From Octopus bimaculoides (Eukaryota): 63,768 nt of DNA. The position numbers and the translations under genes were made by a program. The DNA is taken from contig NC_068982.1 of NCBI RefSeq assembly GCF_001194135.2, positions 59,097,270-59,161,037 on the forward strand, in the 5' to 3' direction. This document shows, one piece after another, positions 1 to 13,803 of the stretch (position 1 is its first letter; each line of letters begins with the position of its first letter). The notes under the pieces were generated by a model, which worked only from the letters and a program-made list of their open reading frames with translations, searched no databases and was not told where the DNA came from.

Positions 1-21
1 ATATATATATATATATATATA

Positions 22-272
22 TATAATTAATAAGTATCGAACTGGTGCTATAAAAACAAAACTACAACATGTACCAATCTGGCATTTAATCTCCTTCAAA
101 GTAGTCCACTTTGGAAGCCACACACTTAATCCAGCACTGTTTCCATTGATGGAAGCATTCTTAGAACTCGTTATCTGGGATAATCAGCAGCAGCCTTATT
201 GCATTCACTTTGATTTCCTCAATGTCCCGAAATCTTCTTCCTTTCAAGCAGGATTTGATTTTTGGAAAGAGG
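22..272 (-). pseudogene. Mariner (DD34D) transposase C-terminal remnant with 3' end of the element
   Basis: The minus strand reads FSLFPKIKSCLKGRRFRDIEEIKVNAIRLLLIIPDNEF*ECFHQWKQCWIKCVASKVDYFEGD* (stop at 86-88), matching the mariner C-terminus (F.LFPK.K..L.G.RF...W.KCV...G.YFE). It has one internal stop and abuts (TA)n. Confidence 0.85.
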
Positions 273-499
273 GAAAAGGTGCTCTCTCTTTCTTTCTCTC
301 CCTTTGATGGGGGAAACTATGTATCTCCTCTACATCAAGACACCTGCTTCTGTCCCTCTGTCATGCTCTAACCCATCATCACTAGGCACAAAACCATCTC
401 CTTCAATACTCACCCCCATCTCAAAGGAGCTTCATTTTGCAAGTTACTTGGTGACCTCACTGCTGCTGGGGCCAAATAAAAAGCATCTAGTACAATCTG

Positions 500-652
500 T
501 CAAAATGGTTGGCATTAGGAAAGGTATCTAACTGTAAAACCCTGTCAAAGTAGACCATAAATCTTGGTGCTGTGCTCTGGCTTACCAGCTCCTTCCAAAC
601 TGTCCAGCCCACGCCAGTATGGGAGACAGACGTTGGATAATAATGATGATAG
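500..652 (+). mobile_element. RTE-LINE 3' UTR-derived repeat (family C), fragment
   Basis: Contains TGGTTGGCATTAGGAAAGGTATCTAACTGTAAAAC...CCAGCCCACGCCAGTATGG...GACGTT and a (TGA)n tail. The same sequence follows an RTE ORF end at 48705-49200. Confidence 0.75.
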
Positions 653-707
653 ACATACNNNNNNNNNNATATATGTATATACACACACGTGTGTGTATGT
701 ATGAATG

Positions 708-738
<31 letters not shown>

Positions 739-1399
739 GCTTACACACACACATATATATGGGAGCGAGAGGAAGATATACTTTTTCAATCTCAAATCAA
801 ATTAGTGTTTATATGATTATGTTTAAAATATTTATTGATACATATATACATACATACATATAAACACTCATACACATATGTGTAAAAACACATTTACATA
901 ATGATACATAATGATAAATAAAGCCACACTTATACACAAATGCACACAAGCACACACATCATATGCAGAGACTCAATCAAAAATCACATGCAATTTTTAA
1001 TAGGAATCACAGTTTTAGTTTTTGATTTTTTTTTTCTCTCTTCTTTTAGTAGAATGGTGAGTGATTGTGTGATGTTGATGTGTCAGATTGAGAGATGTCC
1101 AAATCTATGTTTATTTACTTATCTTTATATATATATCTGTCTATCTATCTGTCTGTCTACCTATTCATTTATATCAATTATTAAAATTTCCCCTCAGTTA
1201 AAACAGCCCCTCCTCTGTCCAATTATTCCCACCTCCATTTCCTTATTGAGTTTACAGAGAGGAAAGAAGACAGACAGACAGACTGACAGACATAGACAGA
1301 GATGCTCTGTCAATTTGAACAGAGTTTTGCCTCTCCAATTGTGAGCTGGTTGTGATATGTAAATAAATAAACACAACAGAGTAACATCAAACAGATAAG

Positions 1400-1405
1400 A
1401 AAATG

Positions 1406-1436
<31 letters not shown>

Positions 1437-1466
1437 TGATAGTTAGATAGATAGATAAATAGATAA

Positions 1467-1533
<67 letters not shown>

Positions 1534-1600
1534 GATAGGTGGATAGCTTGATAGATAAGAATTTGATAGGTATATGGATAGGTAAATAGAGAAATGGATA
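1400..1600. repeat. (GATA)n microsatellite
   Basis: Direct reading shows tandem ATAG units with AAAT variants. Confidence 0.95.
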
Positions 1601-2135
1601 AGTATATTCACACATATCCATATATAAACAATTATATGTATGTATTTATATATATGTGTATGCATGCTTGTGTGTGTATATATATGTATGTATATATGCA
1701 TATATACACGTGATAGGTAGATAGGTAAGTAGATATATAAATAAACAGATTAATAGATAAAGCATAAATCTCTGATATCCTAGATTCACACCTGCACAGA
1801 TTCACACCTTAGTGTGCTCAAATGAAAATATTAGTTACCTATCAAGTATAGGTATTTTTTTTTTTCATACTGTTGTCTTTGGTCACGTGTTCAACCTGTG
1901 ACTCTGAATACGTATATGTCTGTTTATGCCTATTCACAGACATATATTTAAATGTGTGTGTTTGTGTGTGTGTGTGTGTGTGTATGTGTGTGTGTGTATA
2001 TATGTGCATAAATAGGAATATATGTGTGTATATTAGAAAGTGTGTGTGTGAGAGAAAGAGTTTCTGTGTAAGTGTTAGCATGTGTGAGTCAATGTATGAA
2101 TCTTTGATTTCTACAGTTAGACATAAAATAATTCC

Positions 2136-2182
<47 letters not shown>

Positions 2183-5100
2183 NNNNNNNNNNNNNNNNNN
2201 NNNNNNNNNNNNNNNNNNNNNNNNNNNNNNNNNNNNNNNNNNNNNNNNNNNNNNNNNNNNNNNNNNNNNNNNNNNNNNNNNNNNNNNNNNNNNNNNNNNN
2301 NNNNNNNNNNNNNNNNNNNNNNNNNNNNNNNNNNNNNNNNNNNNNNNNNNNNNNNNNNNNNNNNNNNNNNNNNNNNNNNNNNNNNNNNNNNNNNNNNNNN
2401 NNNNNNNNNNNNNNNNNNNNNNNNNNNNNNNNNNNNNNNNNNNNNNNNNNNNNNNNNNNNNNNNNNNNNNNNNNNNNNNNNNNNNNNNNNNNNNNNNNNN
2501 NNNNNNNNNNNNNNNNNNNNNNNNNNNNNNNNNNNNNNNNNNNNNNNNNNNNNNNNNNNNNNNNNNNNNNNNNNNNNNNNNNNNNNNNNNNNNNNNNNNN
2601 NNNNNNNNNNNNNNNNNNNNNNNNNNNNNNNNNNNNNNNNNNNNNNNNNNNNNNNNNNNNNNNNNNNNNNNNNNNNNNNNNNNNNNNNNNNNNNNNNNNN
2701 NNNNNNNNNNNNNNNNNNNNNNNNNNNNNNNNNNNNNNNNNNNNNNNNNNNNNNNNNNNNNNNNNNNNNNNNNNNNNNNNNNNNNNNNNNNNNNNNNNNN
2801 NNNNNNNNNNNNNNNNNNNNNNNNNNNNNNNNNNNNNNNNNNNNNNNNNNNNNNNNNNCACACACACACACATATATATACACACACATTCATATACCTG
2901 CACACATACATATGTATATATATGTAAAGAGCGAGAAAGACATTTTATTTCTCATCATTACTCATTGTTAAAAGATATCACACCACACACATTTTAAGGA
3001 ATATGGGAGCCTCTACATGATCCCTTAAGCTGCTAGAAATAACAGCCAATTTTCCCTTAAACCAACATTAGTCATCACTGAACCACCAAATTATGTCTCC
3101 TTCTCCACTACCATATGTTTCTTGCTCACACCACACACTACACTTATCTCAATCTCTCCCCATACTCAAGCAACATACCCACATGCCTGCCTGCTTGCCT
3201 GTCTCTCTCTGTCTCTCTCTCTCTCTGTCTCTCTCTTCTGTCCTTTGTCTGTTGTATCATCATTACTATTCAGCAGCTCTTTGCTTTCCAGTATCATTGG
3301 TCACCCTTTATTACACCATTCTCAACATAAACCCCTCAACCCTATCCAACCTTTACAATTGTCACTGATTCTTCCCTCCCTATCCCCCCAACTTATATTT
3401 TCAAAAAGGGAAACATTTTGAATTTCCCATTTGCACAAATGTCTACATGAAACATTCCCAACAGATGGATCTTTATGTATGGGAGAATTTATTAATCCTG
3501 TCTCTATTCATCACATATGAACTTCTGGACTCTACCTTTTTTCATTCTGGACTTATTTATTCTGGATTTTTTTATTCTGGATTTTTTTATTCTGAACTCT
3601 ACACTCTCTGGCTGCACCTCTCCTACCCATGGATTACACTGGACCTACCTACTGATCTTTATGTACACTGACTTAATTACTTGTGTTCCTGTTTGACAAA
3701 TATAGTCCTCATTAAATTGTGGACATATGATGCAGTAAATTAAGTGTTTTTCTTTTGCAATTCATATTTGCATTAATGTTGAATCATTTCCTATTTATGA
3801 ACTTGTGATTTTATTCTGTTCAATTAAATCAAATACCCTTCACTGAAAGTTTTCACATAATGTTACCTATATAATTTCATATTACTTAAGTTTCCCTTTT
3901 GTTTAGAGTTTTTTTTTAAGAGTTGGTGGTTGTTTTTGACTGTTGATGATTTGTAACTCTTTAATGAATTTACTTAGATTTAATGAACGGTATAGAATCA
4001 GAAGTTATTGAATGACAGAATTAAAATGGTATGGTCTCTGATATCATTGGTGGCTACAAAAAGAATATTTCTGGTTGTCTTCTACACAAGTGGCCCCTTT
4101 GCTGATCTGAAAACTTCATTATTTTAATACAACTTCTTAACCTGTTAAATTCCAAACTGCCGCTAAGTTCTTCATACCCCCATTGGATGACATTGTACAA
4201 GCTTTAATTACCTCTGGAATTTGTCACCTGCCTGCCATTATTTCCACCCTAACAGCTTTATTCTTTGCTTCAATATATTATCATCTCTTTACTTATATTT
4301 TCCAGCTTTCCCCTACATACCACAAGCTTCCTTCTACGTGTACTGCAAGTTTAAATTTGCTTACATACACACATCATTAGAAACTGAAGCCTAGGTATGA
4401 TTATTCTGGATTATGTTGTAAAATATTTTATTTCTGTACTTAGAACATTCATGTAGACCGGTATGAAATGCATTCTGACTTCGAAACAACGGAAAGGATT
4501 TTTCCAAAAACTTATGACTAAGCATTTCTCTGTAGACCACAAATTTTATAAGATCTTTAAGACAAAAATGCATTAAAGTCAGCTACAGATGTGCCAAAAT
4601 CTTTACTGTTTCCATAGCAATAAACAAAAGAAGTTTTTCCACTATGAATACTCCAAACTCTCCTTCTGTTTGTAGTTTTAACAATGTTCAGTTTATTTGG
4701 CTATAGTCTCTCATGCAGATAACTAAAACCAAAGAGTATATAAGGCTTGCTCAAATACTCTTAAAAATAGATTATTGCAACATATGTATGCATTCAGAAA
4801 GATACCTTACTACATCATTATTACAGTATATCTGGGATATAAAGGATAATAAAATCACTTCATTCATTAAAAAATGAGAATACTCTACATTAATAATTAC
4901 ATGAATAACACATGATTTGAGTACAATCTTCTGCAATTTTCAAGAACATATGAGATTGCTGAATTCTCACTGAAGAAGTTCTGGTTACCAACAGGCTAAC
5001 TAGTTTAGTTATTGCATAATTGAAGGTGGTCTTATATTAAAAAAGCCATTAATTTATTTATCAACACAAGAAAATTTCATTAATAGGTACATCTCTTGCT

Positions 5101-5759
5101 CACATATGTTTTGTACACATGTTACTGTAGACCAGGAAAAAATTTCAGATTTTCATACATAAATATATGAATGTATCATCTTTTCTGTTTATGGCAATTG
5201 TAAAGATGATGCATAAATTTCGAATGTGCTATTGGCAATCAATCAAAGCTTGATCTACAAATGATTATTCATATTTCAATGTATTTGCAAGTACTATTAT
5301 TTATTTGTGATGCTGTTTCACTCCTCCATTTGTTTGAATAATCACTAATGTGAAATTCAGAGTTACATAGTTCAAGAAACCTCAAGTTATATTAAAATAC
5401 ACATGCTCTATGTATTGAGTGCTTGTTTCACTTTTTGAAACACCAATGTTTGCCAATCTATATATGTGAATATCTACTTAGTATGTGTACACTTATAGAC
5501 ACACACACACACATGTATGTATACACATGCACACACGATATGCATGTGTGTGTGTGTGTGTGTGTATGTGTGTGTGTGTGTGTCCACGTATTTAAATATG
5601 TACATATGCAAAACAGATTCACATTCACTGACACATACACACACACACACACACACTAAAGAAGAATTTCAAGAAAGCACTGTCAGTAGATCTCTTGACA
5701 CCATCTTGGACAATTACACTCATTCCTTTTGACCAAACCCTGTAGCAATTTCTCCAATG

Positions 5760-6300
5760 TTGGCAACTATAGGCAAATTAGTTGTCAAATTCGAAGCACT
5801 GGTGCAGAGGAGCATAAATTTCAGTCCTCTAATGTAGATATATTGCCACCAGCAGTGAATTTCACACAAGAAGATGTGTTGTATGTAGAAGATTTTATAT
5901 TGGCGCCACGACTGCCTGGGGTGTGGGTTGTTTTGGACTGAAGTGAGTATTAGAGTAATGATGATGTGAAAATTATATTGGCTGTGTTCTGCAGAGCACA
6001 CACAAATAATGACCAATGATATTCCCTACACTACAGCTGAAAGACAAGGTTTGGAGATAATTTATTTATCGAAAGCTGTTTGCTTTCTTATATGTAAACC
6101 ATGGACAAACGAGTTGGCAAAAAGTACTGAGGTAAGAGTTATGTATAGTTCAAATCCAGCCAAAAGACTATTTAGTCGTTCATTCTACTAAGCTGATGAA
6201 GTGGATAGGCATGAAAGCCAGGTTAAGATTTTTAACAAAGTTAAGAAGAATGAAAGCCAAGTTGGTTATTGCTTGGATGATTGTTGTTCATGAACACTGG
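5760..6300 (+). pseudogene. Heavily decayed non-LTR (RTE-like) reverse transcriptase remnant
   Basis: Across frameshifts, motifs occur in RT order: LYVEDFIL (about LYADDL.L), GLK, YIGCVL (about YLGS.L), KVWR, CKPWT (about CE.WT), KWIG (about RW.GH). Many stops. Confidence 0.45.
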
Positions 6301-6554
6301 GACATTTCTGATCCAGCAAATTTATGATCGAAGTAAACTGCTCCCCCCCACACACACACACATGCACTTGGGAAATAAGTGTGGTAGTGTAGTTTAGAAT
6401 TTTGCTTTTCAACTCTGTGGGTTCAGGATCTATCCACTGCCCTGCATCTTAAATGAATATCTTCTATTCAGGCTCTGTGCTAACAAATGCATTGTGAAAG
6501 AATTTGTTTGACAGTAAGTCCAAGAATCCTGTGATGTGAGCTTGTGCGTGCATT

Positions 6555-6590
<36 letters not shown>

Positions 6591-7515
6591 AGTTTTTACA
6601 AACTATACCAAGCAATGGCTACAAATAATGACATCATCATTTGTGGCTGGGTGGCAACAGGCAAATGTTTATTGATATTTTCTATCAAAAATATGTCCTC
6701 TCCACTTTCAAATTAACTCTGGAATAAAAGCATCCCTTATTTGAAAACTCAACGAGGGTTGGCAACACAAAGAGCATCTGGCCATAGAAATCCTGCCTAA
6801 ATTACCTTCTAAGTCATACTAGCATAGAAAAACAAGCAAACATCATCACTGTTTACATCAAAACTGAACGCAAGACTATACTAATGGTAATTAACAGATA
6901 TAAATTAACACAGTAAATAAACAGTAACTGATCGCTATGAATAACTATAATTTCATTAATAAGCTAATAAGAGACTTTCTGTGTGCTTACACAGCTTGCT
7001 AGAAATAGCAGCTGAATTTTTTTGCCGGCTTTCATTGGATGGGATGGGTCTTCTAAGACAGTGTTTCATGGCTGGATGCTCTTCCTGTTGCAAACCCTTT
7101 CAGACACTTCTTATTATGTGATATACCTACTGTAAAACTATGTGTGTGCTTAAATGTATGTGAGAGAGTGTGTGCTTGTTGTGTGTTGGTTCTTTTAGTG
7201 AATTTTTCCAGTTATTTTGAAATATCTGGAAAAGGTCAATGAAAGAACCTACGCACAACACACACATATTCTCTTGCATGGTTAAATGTCCGTCTTTCTC
7301 TGGTTTCAGTTGTAGGACTGCAGCTATGCTTGGGTATGGCCTCAAAGGATTTTCATCAATCAAATCATCTCCAGTTCATATTTTTCAAGTTTGCTGATTG
7401 TTTTATTTGTCTCTTTTTACTGAACTGTTATGTCGGAGAGATGTAAAAATGAATAAATCATAGGAAATTAAATGTATATATACTATGAAAAAAAAAAAAA
7501 ATGTTTGTCAAAATT

Positions 7516-9120
7516 TGACTAAAAACTATTTATTTAGTGCTTTTGTCCCTTTTAGGGATTCATCAGGAACGATTTCTTATTGAAAATTTATTCCTTTTAT
7601 AGAGGTGTGAGTTAGTTGAAAAAAAAAAAAATGTGGAACTGTATTTGTTTCCTTGGGTTTTGGAAAGAGCATGTTTTGAGAGAGGTTATTTAAGATGTTC
7701 TTGATCATTTTGAATCTGTGTGTGCATGTGTGTGTGTGTGTGTGTGTGTGAGTGTGTGTGTATTTGTGTGTAAGCATGAGTGTGTGTGGGGAATTTTTAT
7801 ACAAAGCATATATGAGAGATTTTTGGAGGCTTGCTTAGAGAAGAAAGAAAGCAAGAAAGAAAGAAAGATAGAAAAAAAGGGGTATTTTTCTGGGATGGTT
7901 CAAATTGATGACAGATCCAAGAGGTCAATTTTTTCTTTCCAACTGCAATAAATTTCTTTTGGTCATTGTGTGACTGACAAAATTTTACTCAGCTGTTAGT
8001 TGAAATCTATCAAATTGTTTGAAAGGTTTTTAAATGAATACATGTGTATGAAAAAGTGTGTGTGTTTAAAATACCTTGAAAAATTCACTGGAAGAACCAA
8101 CACACAATACATAAACTCTCTCACATGCATGCATTTAAACACACACACTGACACACATACATTTAAAAGCATTCACAAACAACTTGATAGATTCTATTTT
8201 CTGTAGCTGGGTAACATGACACCTAACGAAAAATTTCGTTGGTCACACAATGGCTAAAAGAAATTTATTGTAATTGATAAAATATTTGATCTCTTTGACC
8301 TGTCATCAATTTCAATCATCCCAGAAAAACAACCCTTTTTTTCTTTCTCTCTTTTTTCTCTCCCCCCACCTCTCTCTCTCTCTCTCTCTCTAACCAAGCC
8401 TCCAATAATCTCTCATATATGTTTTATTCTTTTACTTGTTTCAGTCATTTGACTGCGGCCATACTGGAGCACCACCTCGAGAGGTTTTTAGTTGAACAAA
8501 ACGAACCCAGGACTTGCCTATTTTAAGCCTAGTATTTATTCTATCAGTTTCTTTTGCCGAACTGCTAAATTACGGTGATGTGTACACACCAACATCAGTT
8601 GTCAAGCTATGGTGTAGGAATAAACAGAGACAGACAGACAGACACACACACATATACATACAACAGGCTTCTTTCAGTTTCTGGCTACCAAATCCACTCA
8701 CAAGGTTTTGGTTGGCCCAAGGCTATAGCAGAAGACGCTTGCCCAAGGTGCCATGCAGTGGGACTGAACCCAGAATCATGCGGTTGGGAAGCAAGTTTCT
8801 TACCATACAACTATGTCTGCATCTTGTTTAAAAATTCACCAAACACACATGCTTACACATACATGCTTAAACACACATAAGACACACACACACAAACACA
8901 AATACGCACACACAGAGATTCAATATGACAAAGAACATCTCAAAAATCACTCACAAAGCACCCTCTTTCCAAAACCCAAGAAAACGGATTCAACCCTACT
9001 TTTTTTTTTTTCTTAACTAACTCACATATATATAAAAGGTATGAATTTTCTATAAGGATTCATTCATTTACAGTGAATTCACGAAAGGAACTAAAGCACT
9101 AAATAAATAGTTTTAATCCA
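7516..9120. mobile_element. Long foldback element (family F1) with about 500-bp inverted arms, interrupted by a SINE-A
   Basis: 7516-8070 is the reverse complement of 8130-8400 plus 8826-9120 (e.g. CTATTTATTTAGTGCTTT vs AAAGCACTAAATAAATAG; TTGGGTTTTGGAAAGAG vs CTCTTTCCAAAACCCAA). Further pieces lie at 7140-7265 and 14075-14530. Confidence 0.8.
8423..8822 (-). mobile_element. tRNA-derived SINE-A (internal microsatellite, CCTTGGGCAAG core)
   Basis: Shares head, core and TGACTGAAACAAGTAAAAG tail with copies at 36644, 48183, 56619 and 58119. Confidence 0.85.
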
Positions 9121-9540
9121 AATCCTTAATAAATAAAATCTGTACACCTCTTAAAAAACAATCTATACATATGTCATCATTTAGTTTTATTTCAAGATTT
9201 CTTGATAATAGAGAAAGAGCCAGTTTCTAATCTTGATCAAGACTCCTTCTTTGGAATTTCAGCAACATCAACAGAGTATTTTTGCATGTGTGTGTATAGG
9301 TGCAGTATTTGGAGACAGTGCATGTTTTGTTTTATGTATGAATTCTCATGCATATAGTTGCATACCTAGACAAGTGCATAAATGCTTAAATGATAAACTG
9401 GAAAGTTATAAAAATTTTTACAGTTCAAGTGATGTTTTGGATCCATAGACTTCGAATCAGATTGGTTTTTAGGTTACATATCCCAGTGCCTCAATAATTA
9501 CAGGTATGTATGTGTGTATGTATGTATGCATGTATGTGTG

Positions 9541-10008
9541 CCAGTTTAGTCACCGGCAACCTGACCTTATTAGAATGAAGGATAGCAGGATTCCTAAGCA
9601 GATGCTCTGTGGAGAACTTGTGAATGGAAGGAGACTCCGGCAGAAACCAAGGCTGCGATTTAAGGACTGTGTCAAGTCCTCATTAAAGGCCTGTGATATG
9701 CAGGACACTGACTGGGAGAACAATGCTTGTCATCGCCACAGATGGAGGAAGCAGGTTAACGAGGTGATCGACACTTTTGAGAGAGCACGTATCCAGCATG
9801 AAGAACTTAAGTGAGCTGCGCGAAAGCGTACGGCTCATATAGTGAATGGGAAAAGCTTAATCTGCAATGTTTGCAGTCGTGTATCCTTGTCAAGAGCAGG
9901 GCTCATTAGCCACCAACAGAACCGCAAATGCAAAATATTAGTCCTAGAGCGCACAATGTTCCTGAAGGTCGGCAATGGTCTTCCTTGGTCATGAGTGGAC
10001 AGCCATCA
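9541..10008 (+). mobile_element. 5'-truncated RTE (BovB-like) LINE, ORF C-terminus
   Basis: Reads RMKDSRIPKQMLCGELVNGRRLRQKPRLRFKDCVKSSLKACDMQDTDWENNACHRHRWRKQV...*AARK...LICNVCSRVSLSRAGLISHQ, the RTE-type RIPKQ.LYGEL..G.R...RP..R.KD motif plus a terminal Cx2C...H finger. It has a (TGTA)n tail. Confidence 0.9.
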
Positions 10009-10194
10009 TGTATGTATGTATGTATGTATGTATGTGTGTGTGTGTATGCATGTATGTATAAAAATGACCTGTTGAACTGGAAAGTCTCAAGGTGCAAACA
10101 CAAGAGTGGCACAACCACAAGGAAATCACTATCCACAAATAAAAATGTTACAATACAGTTAATTTGTTCTCATTATTTACAATTTTTATGTGTA

Positions 10195-10400
10195 AAACAC
10201 TGGTGCTGGTGCTGTGTAGAAAGCACTCAGTACACCCTGTAAAGTGGTTGGCATTAGCAAAGGCTTCCAGCTGTAGAAACCTAGCCAAAACAGACTATGG
10301 AGTCTGGTGCAGGTCCTGGCCTTGCCAGCGCCTGACAAACCTTCCAAGCCATGCCAGCATGAAAAACTGATATTAAATGATGATGATGAAGTTGAAGATG
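10195..10400 (+). mobile_element. RTE 3' UTR-derived repeat (family C)
   Basis: AGCACTCAGTACACCCTGTAAAGTGGTTGGCATTAG...CCATGCCAGCATGAAAAA followed by (TGA)n. Confidence 0.75.
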
Positions 10401-10736
10401 ATGACAAACCCTCAGCCACGTGGTTTGGAAGCAAAATTTTTACTTTCTTACCATGCAGCCATGCTTGCATTTATGTCTATAAAAGATACACCCTTAACTT
10501 TAATCCAAACCATCTTGAATACAAATGTCAGATACCATTATAGCAGCCAATACCACAATGACAACCAAAGTTTGAAACTTCACAACCTGGATTTATTGAT
10601 TTTCTTATGCTATTGAATGTTATCTGTTGATCCTCGGGTTGTTCTATATTTTTAGTGTAAATAGGTTAACACGTGACCCACATCTGCTTTAACCTAGGCA
10701 TAAGAGAACAACAAAGTATATAATAACCCTATGTTA

Positions 10737-10869
10737 CTAGGTTGAGGAAAAAGTTCATGTGCCATGAGTCACCATTGAACATGACATGAACTGAATGAAC
10801 ACAAACACCATAAAAATATATAAAAAAGCATTATTTTAACACGGTGCGTGAACTTTTTCCTCAACCTAG
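10737..10869. mobile_element. Mariner-type MITE, 133 bp
   Basis: 21-bp perfect TIR CTAGGTTGAGGAAAAAGTTCA at both ends, flanked by TA (10735-36 and 10870-71). Confidence 0.85.
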
Positions 10870-11917
10870 TATAATCCTTCATTTTTAACTGAGCCATTAT
10901 GCATAGACCTTGCCCAAGATCTGCTGGAGTAATCTGAAGGAGATTTGGCTATTATTTCCAGCAAGTTGTGTGACTACATGAGTCTTTTATTAGCTTGTTA
11001 ATGCAATTGTGCTTACTCAGTATGATTAGTTAATGTTTGTTATTTGTGCTAACGTGTATCTATTAATTGTTATTACTACTTTTTGCTTTCAGCTTTGAAT
11101 TCAACATTTGCATTCATTAGAGCTGGATATTTTAACGATAAAACTGAATTTAATCTAAATGTAATAGGTGGTTACCAAATTATTTGGTAAATCTCACATC
11201 AGAAATGATTAAAATAAAACGTTTATAGTTCTTTTTTGTTGCTGTTATTACAAAACATTTGCAGTAATTTCTTTCTGGAAAAATTGAAAATAGTCTCTCT
11301 CTGTGTCAGTAATAGTGTGCTTAGTTGATAATGGAGTAGTCTCTAAGTTATTGCTTAAACCATTAAAAGTAGTAGCTCAATAACCCTCAAATCACATCAT
11401 GATGTCTTGCAAAAAAAAAAAAAAAGAAATACATTGCAAGATCATAGCCTGCATACTCTATATCATCCTCCTCATTTCCATCCTCATAACAACATCCAAG
11501 TTACCATACTTGCATGGGTCAGATATAATTCATTGAGGCAGATTTTCTATGGCTGGATGCCCTTCCTGTCACCAACCATCGAGTGTTTCTAAGTAATGTA
11601 ATATTCCCCATGATCAGACATGGTATCATGGAAGATTGAAAATGAAGGACATCATTTGCATCATGGTGACATTAGTTTATAACTATCACATGAATTCAAG
11701 ACAAGGAGACAGTAACACACACACACACACACGATTGGCTTCTTGCAGTTTCCATCTACCAAATTCACACACAAGGCTTTGATTGATCTAGGGCTATAGT
11801 AAAAGATATGTTCTCAAGGTACCACACAGTGGGACTGAACAAGTAACTATGGGGTTGCAAAGAAAACTTTTCACCACACTGCCACACCTGCAGAAAAACA
11901 TTAGTGATCATGATCAT

Positions 11918-11981
11918 AGCTCTATTCAGTAAGAGATGATCTCAGGTTTTAACCTGTGATCATCTCTTACTGAACAGAGCT
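11918..11981. repeat. Near-perfect 64-nt palindrome (31-bp arms, 2 mismatches, 2-nt loop)
   Basis: Left arm AGCTCTATTCAGTAAGAGATGATCTCAGGTT, loop TT, right arm AACCTGTGATCATCTCTTACTGAACAGAGCT. Confidence 0.9.
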
Positions 11982-12283
11982 GACAAGAAAGACTGAACAT
12001 TTATAGTTGTTGAGAATGACAAAAACTCAACTAAAAGTTGTTTGTTAACAAGCAGGTTAAACATTCACAAACATCAAAATAGTTATAATTCTTGATCTAT
12101 TTTATTGCCTTGTTTTTATGATTTATAATTACAGACTTGCTAGTAAAAATTTTAATTCTTTAAAAAATATATTTTCCCCTTTTAGCTCTTCCCACTCTTT
12201 CCCATATATGTCTTACATGATATTTTAATTGCATTTCCTAGTCATTGATCTTCAGCAGCCAGTTAAATCGTTTTTGTTGTTAA

Positions 12284-12508
12284 ATCCTTTAGCATTCAGA
12301 TTACTCTGTCAAATGCAATCCTTATTTACTTACATTGTTCTGAATTAATCTTGCATTAATTGTAGCATGACAATTTCAATGACATGACAGCCTACTTTTA
12401 GAATGACATTGTAGGGTATGTGTGAAAGGCTGAATCTGGTCAATTTGAACTTAAAGCAGGTAGGTAGAATATTTGAGCCAGATATAACCAGTTTAAAATG
12501 CTAAAACG
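12284..12508. mobile_element. piggyBac-type MITE (family P2), decayed
   Basis: TTAA|(A)TCCTTTAGCATT...AATGCTAAAACG|CTAA. Homologous to 28075-28292. Confidence 0.65.
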
Positions 12509-13044
12509 CTAAGCCAAGCTCGGCCCTGGTCAAATAGACTTATGGTCAAAAGAATCTAACCATGACCATCTTGTCATAGCTTATCTCAGAGTACATTATT
12601 CATTATTTCTTTCCATTTTGGAAGTAAACAGGTTGTAAACTGAGAGGGTTTTGATTTGTTTCCAGTAGACCGTACAACCAAGTAGTGGCTCCCTCATACA
12701 TATATAAATTGGAGTTTAGCATTGATTAACTATATCATTATACATCACAGATAATGTATATCATTCCTATACACCAACACACACTCACAAACATACATGC
12801 ACATATTACATATATAAATGCACATATGCATACATTATATACATGCATTCATACATTATATACATGCATCCATAGAAAGAATGAGTTTAGATTTTTATTA
12901 TACTTATAGTGAGACTTTCTAATATTTGAATTTATTTATAGTTATGTTTCACTGAAATATATACCTTATATTTCAAATTATTTCCAACAACAAAATAATG
13001 CATTATATATTATATGCATGTGTGTGTATGTGTGAATATGTTTT

Positions 13045-13115
<71 letters not shown>

Positions 13116-13170
13116 GTATATATATATATATGTGCGTGTATGTATGTATGCATGAATATATATATGTATG

Positions 13171-13221
<51 letters not shown>

Positions 13222-13242
13222 GTGTGTATATATGTGTGTGTA

Positions 13243-13293
<51 letters not shown>

Positions 13294-13803
13294 ATATAGT
13301 TATACACAGACACATATATATATATATATATGTCAAAGACCTTCCTGATTCTTATTTACTCTGTTTTTGCATAACAAGCATTCTTATACGTGTGCTTCTA
13401 TGCATTTGCATATACATGCATACATACATACAGGCATGCATACACGTGTATGTATAGTCATGTTATCTTTTGAAAAAAAATATGTAAAATATTAGTTGCT
13501 GCATTAGAACTGCACATCAGGATTCACATTTTGTGCATCTGAGCAAATTAGATTCTGCTTTGAAAATCTTTTGATCTTTTGATATTCATTCAACTAATCA
13601 TAAACAGTTGTGCTCACTGACGGAGGACAAACAGAAATCTGGCACAAATTAAAAATTTGACCTAACTACATATCTAAGTTTTTAATTCTGCATATTCTCC
13701 CACTTATATAAACTTGCAATGTATATTGCATGCATGCACAACACAAACACACACACACACACACACACAGAATCATGTTTGAAGCAGTGTACAAATTTTA
13801 TAC

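Noticed and set aside
4391-4835. Minus-strand open segments and a 26-nt AG/GT-bounded piece (IYCNNDVV)
   Set aside because: Stops follow the best acceptor in all frames, there is no consistent phase link to other candidates, and no homology is recognised.
5994-6131. Plus-strand exon candidate ending GAG|GTAAGA (MTNDIPY...STE)
   Set aside because: The region carries ordered RT-like motifs across several frames and is better explained as a decayed LINE.
6186-6230. CTGATGA...GAAA hammerhead-like spacing
   Set aside because: Stem II and stem I do not pair, and it lies in the decayed RT remnant.
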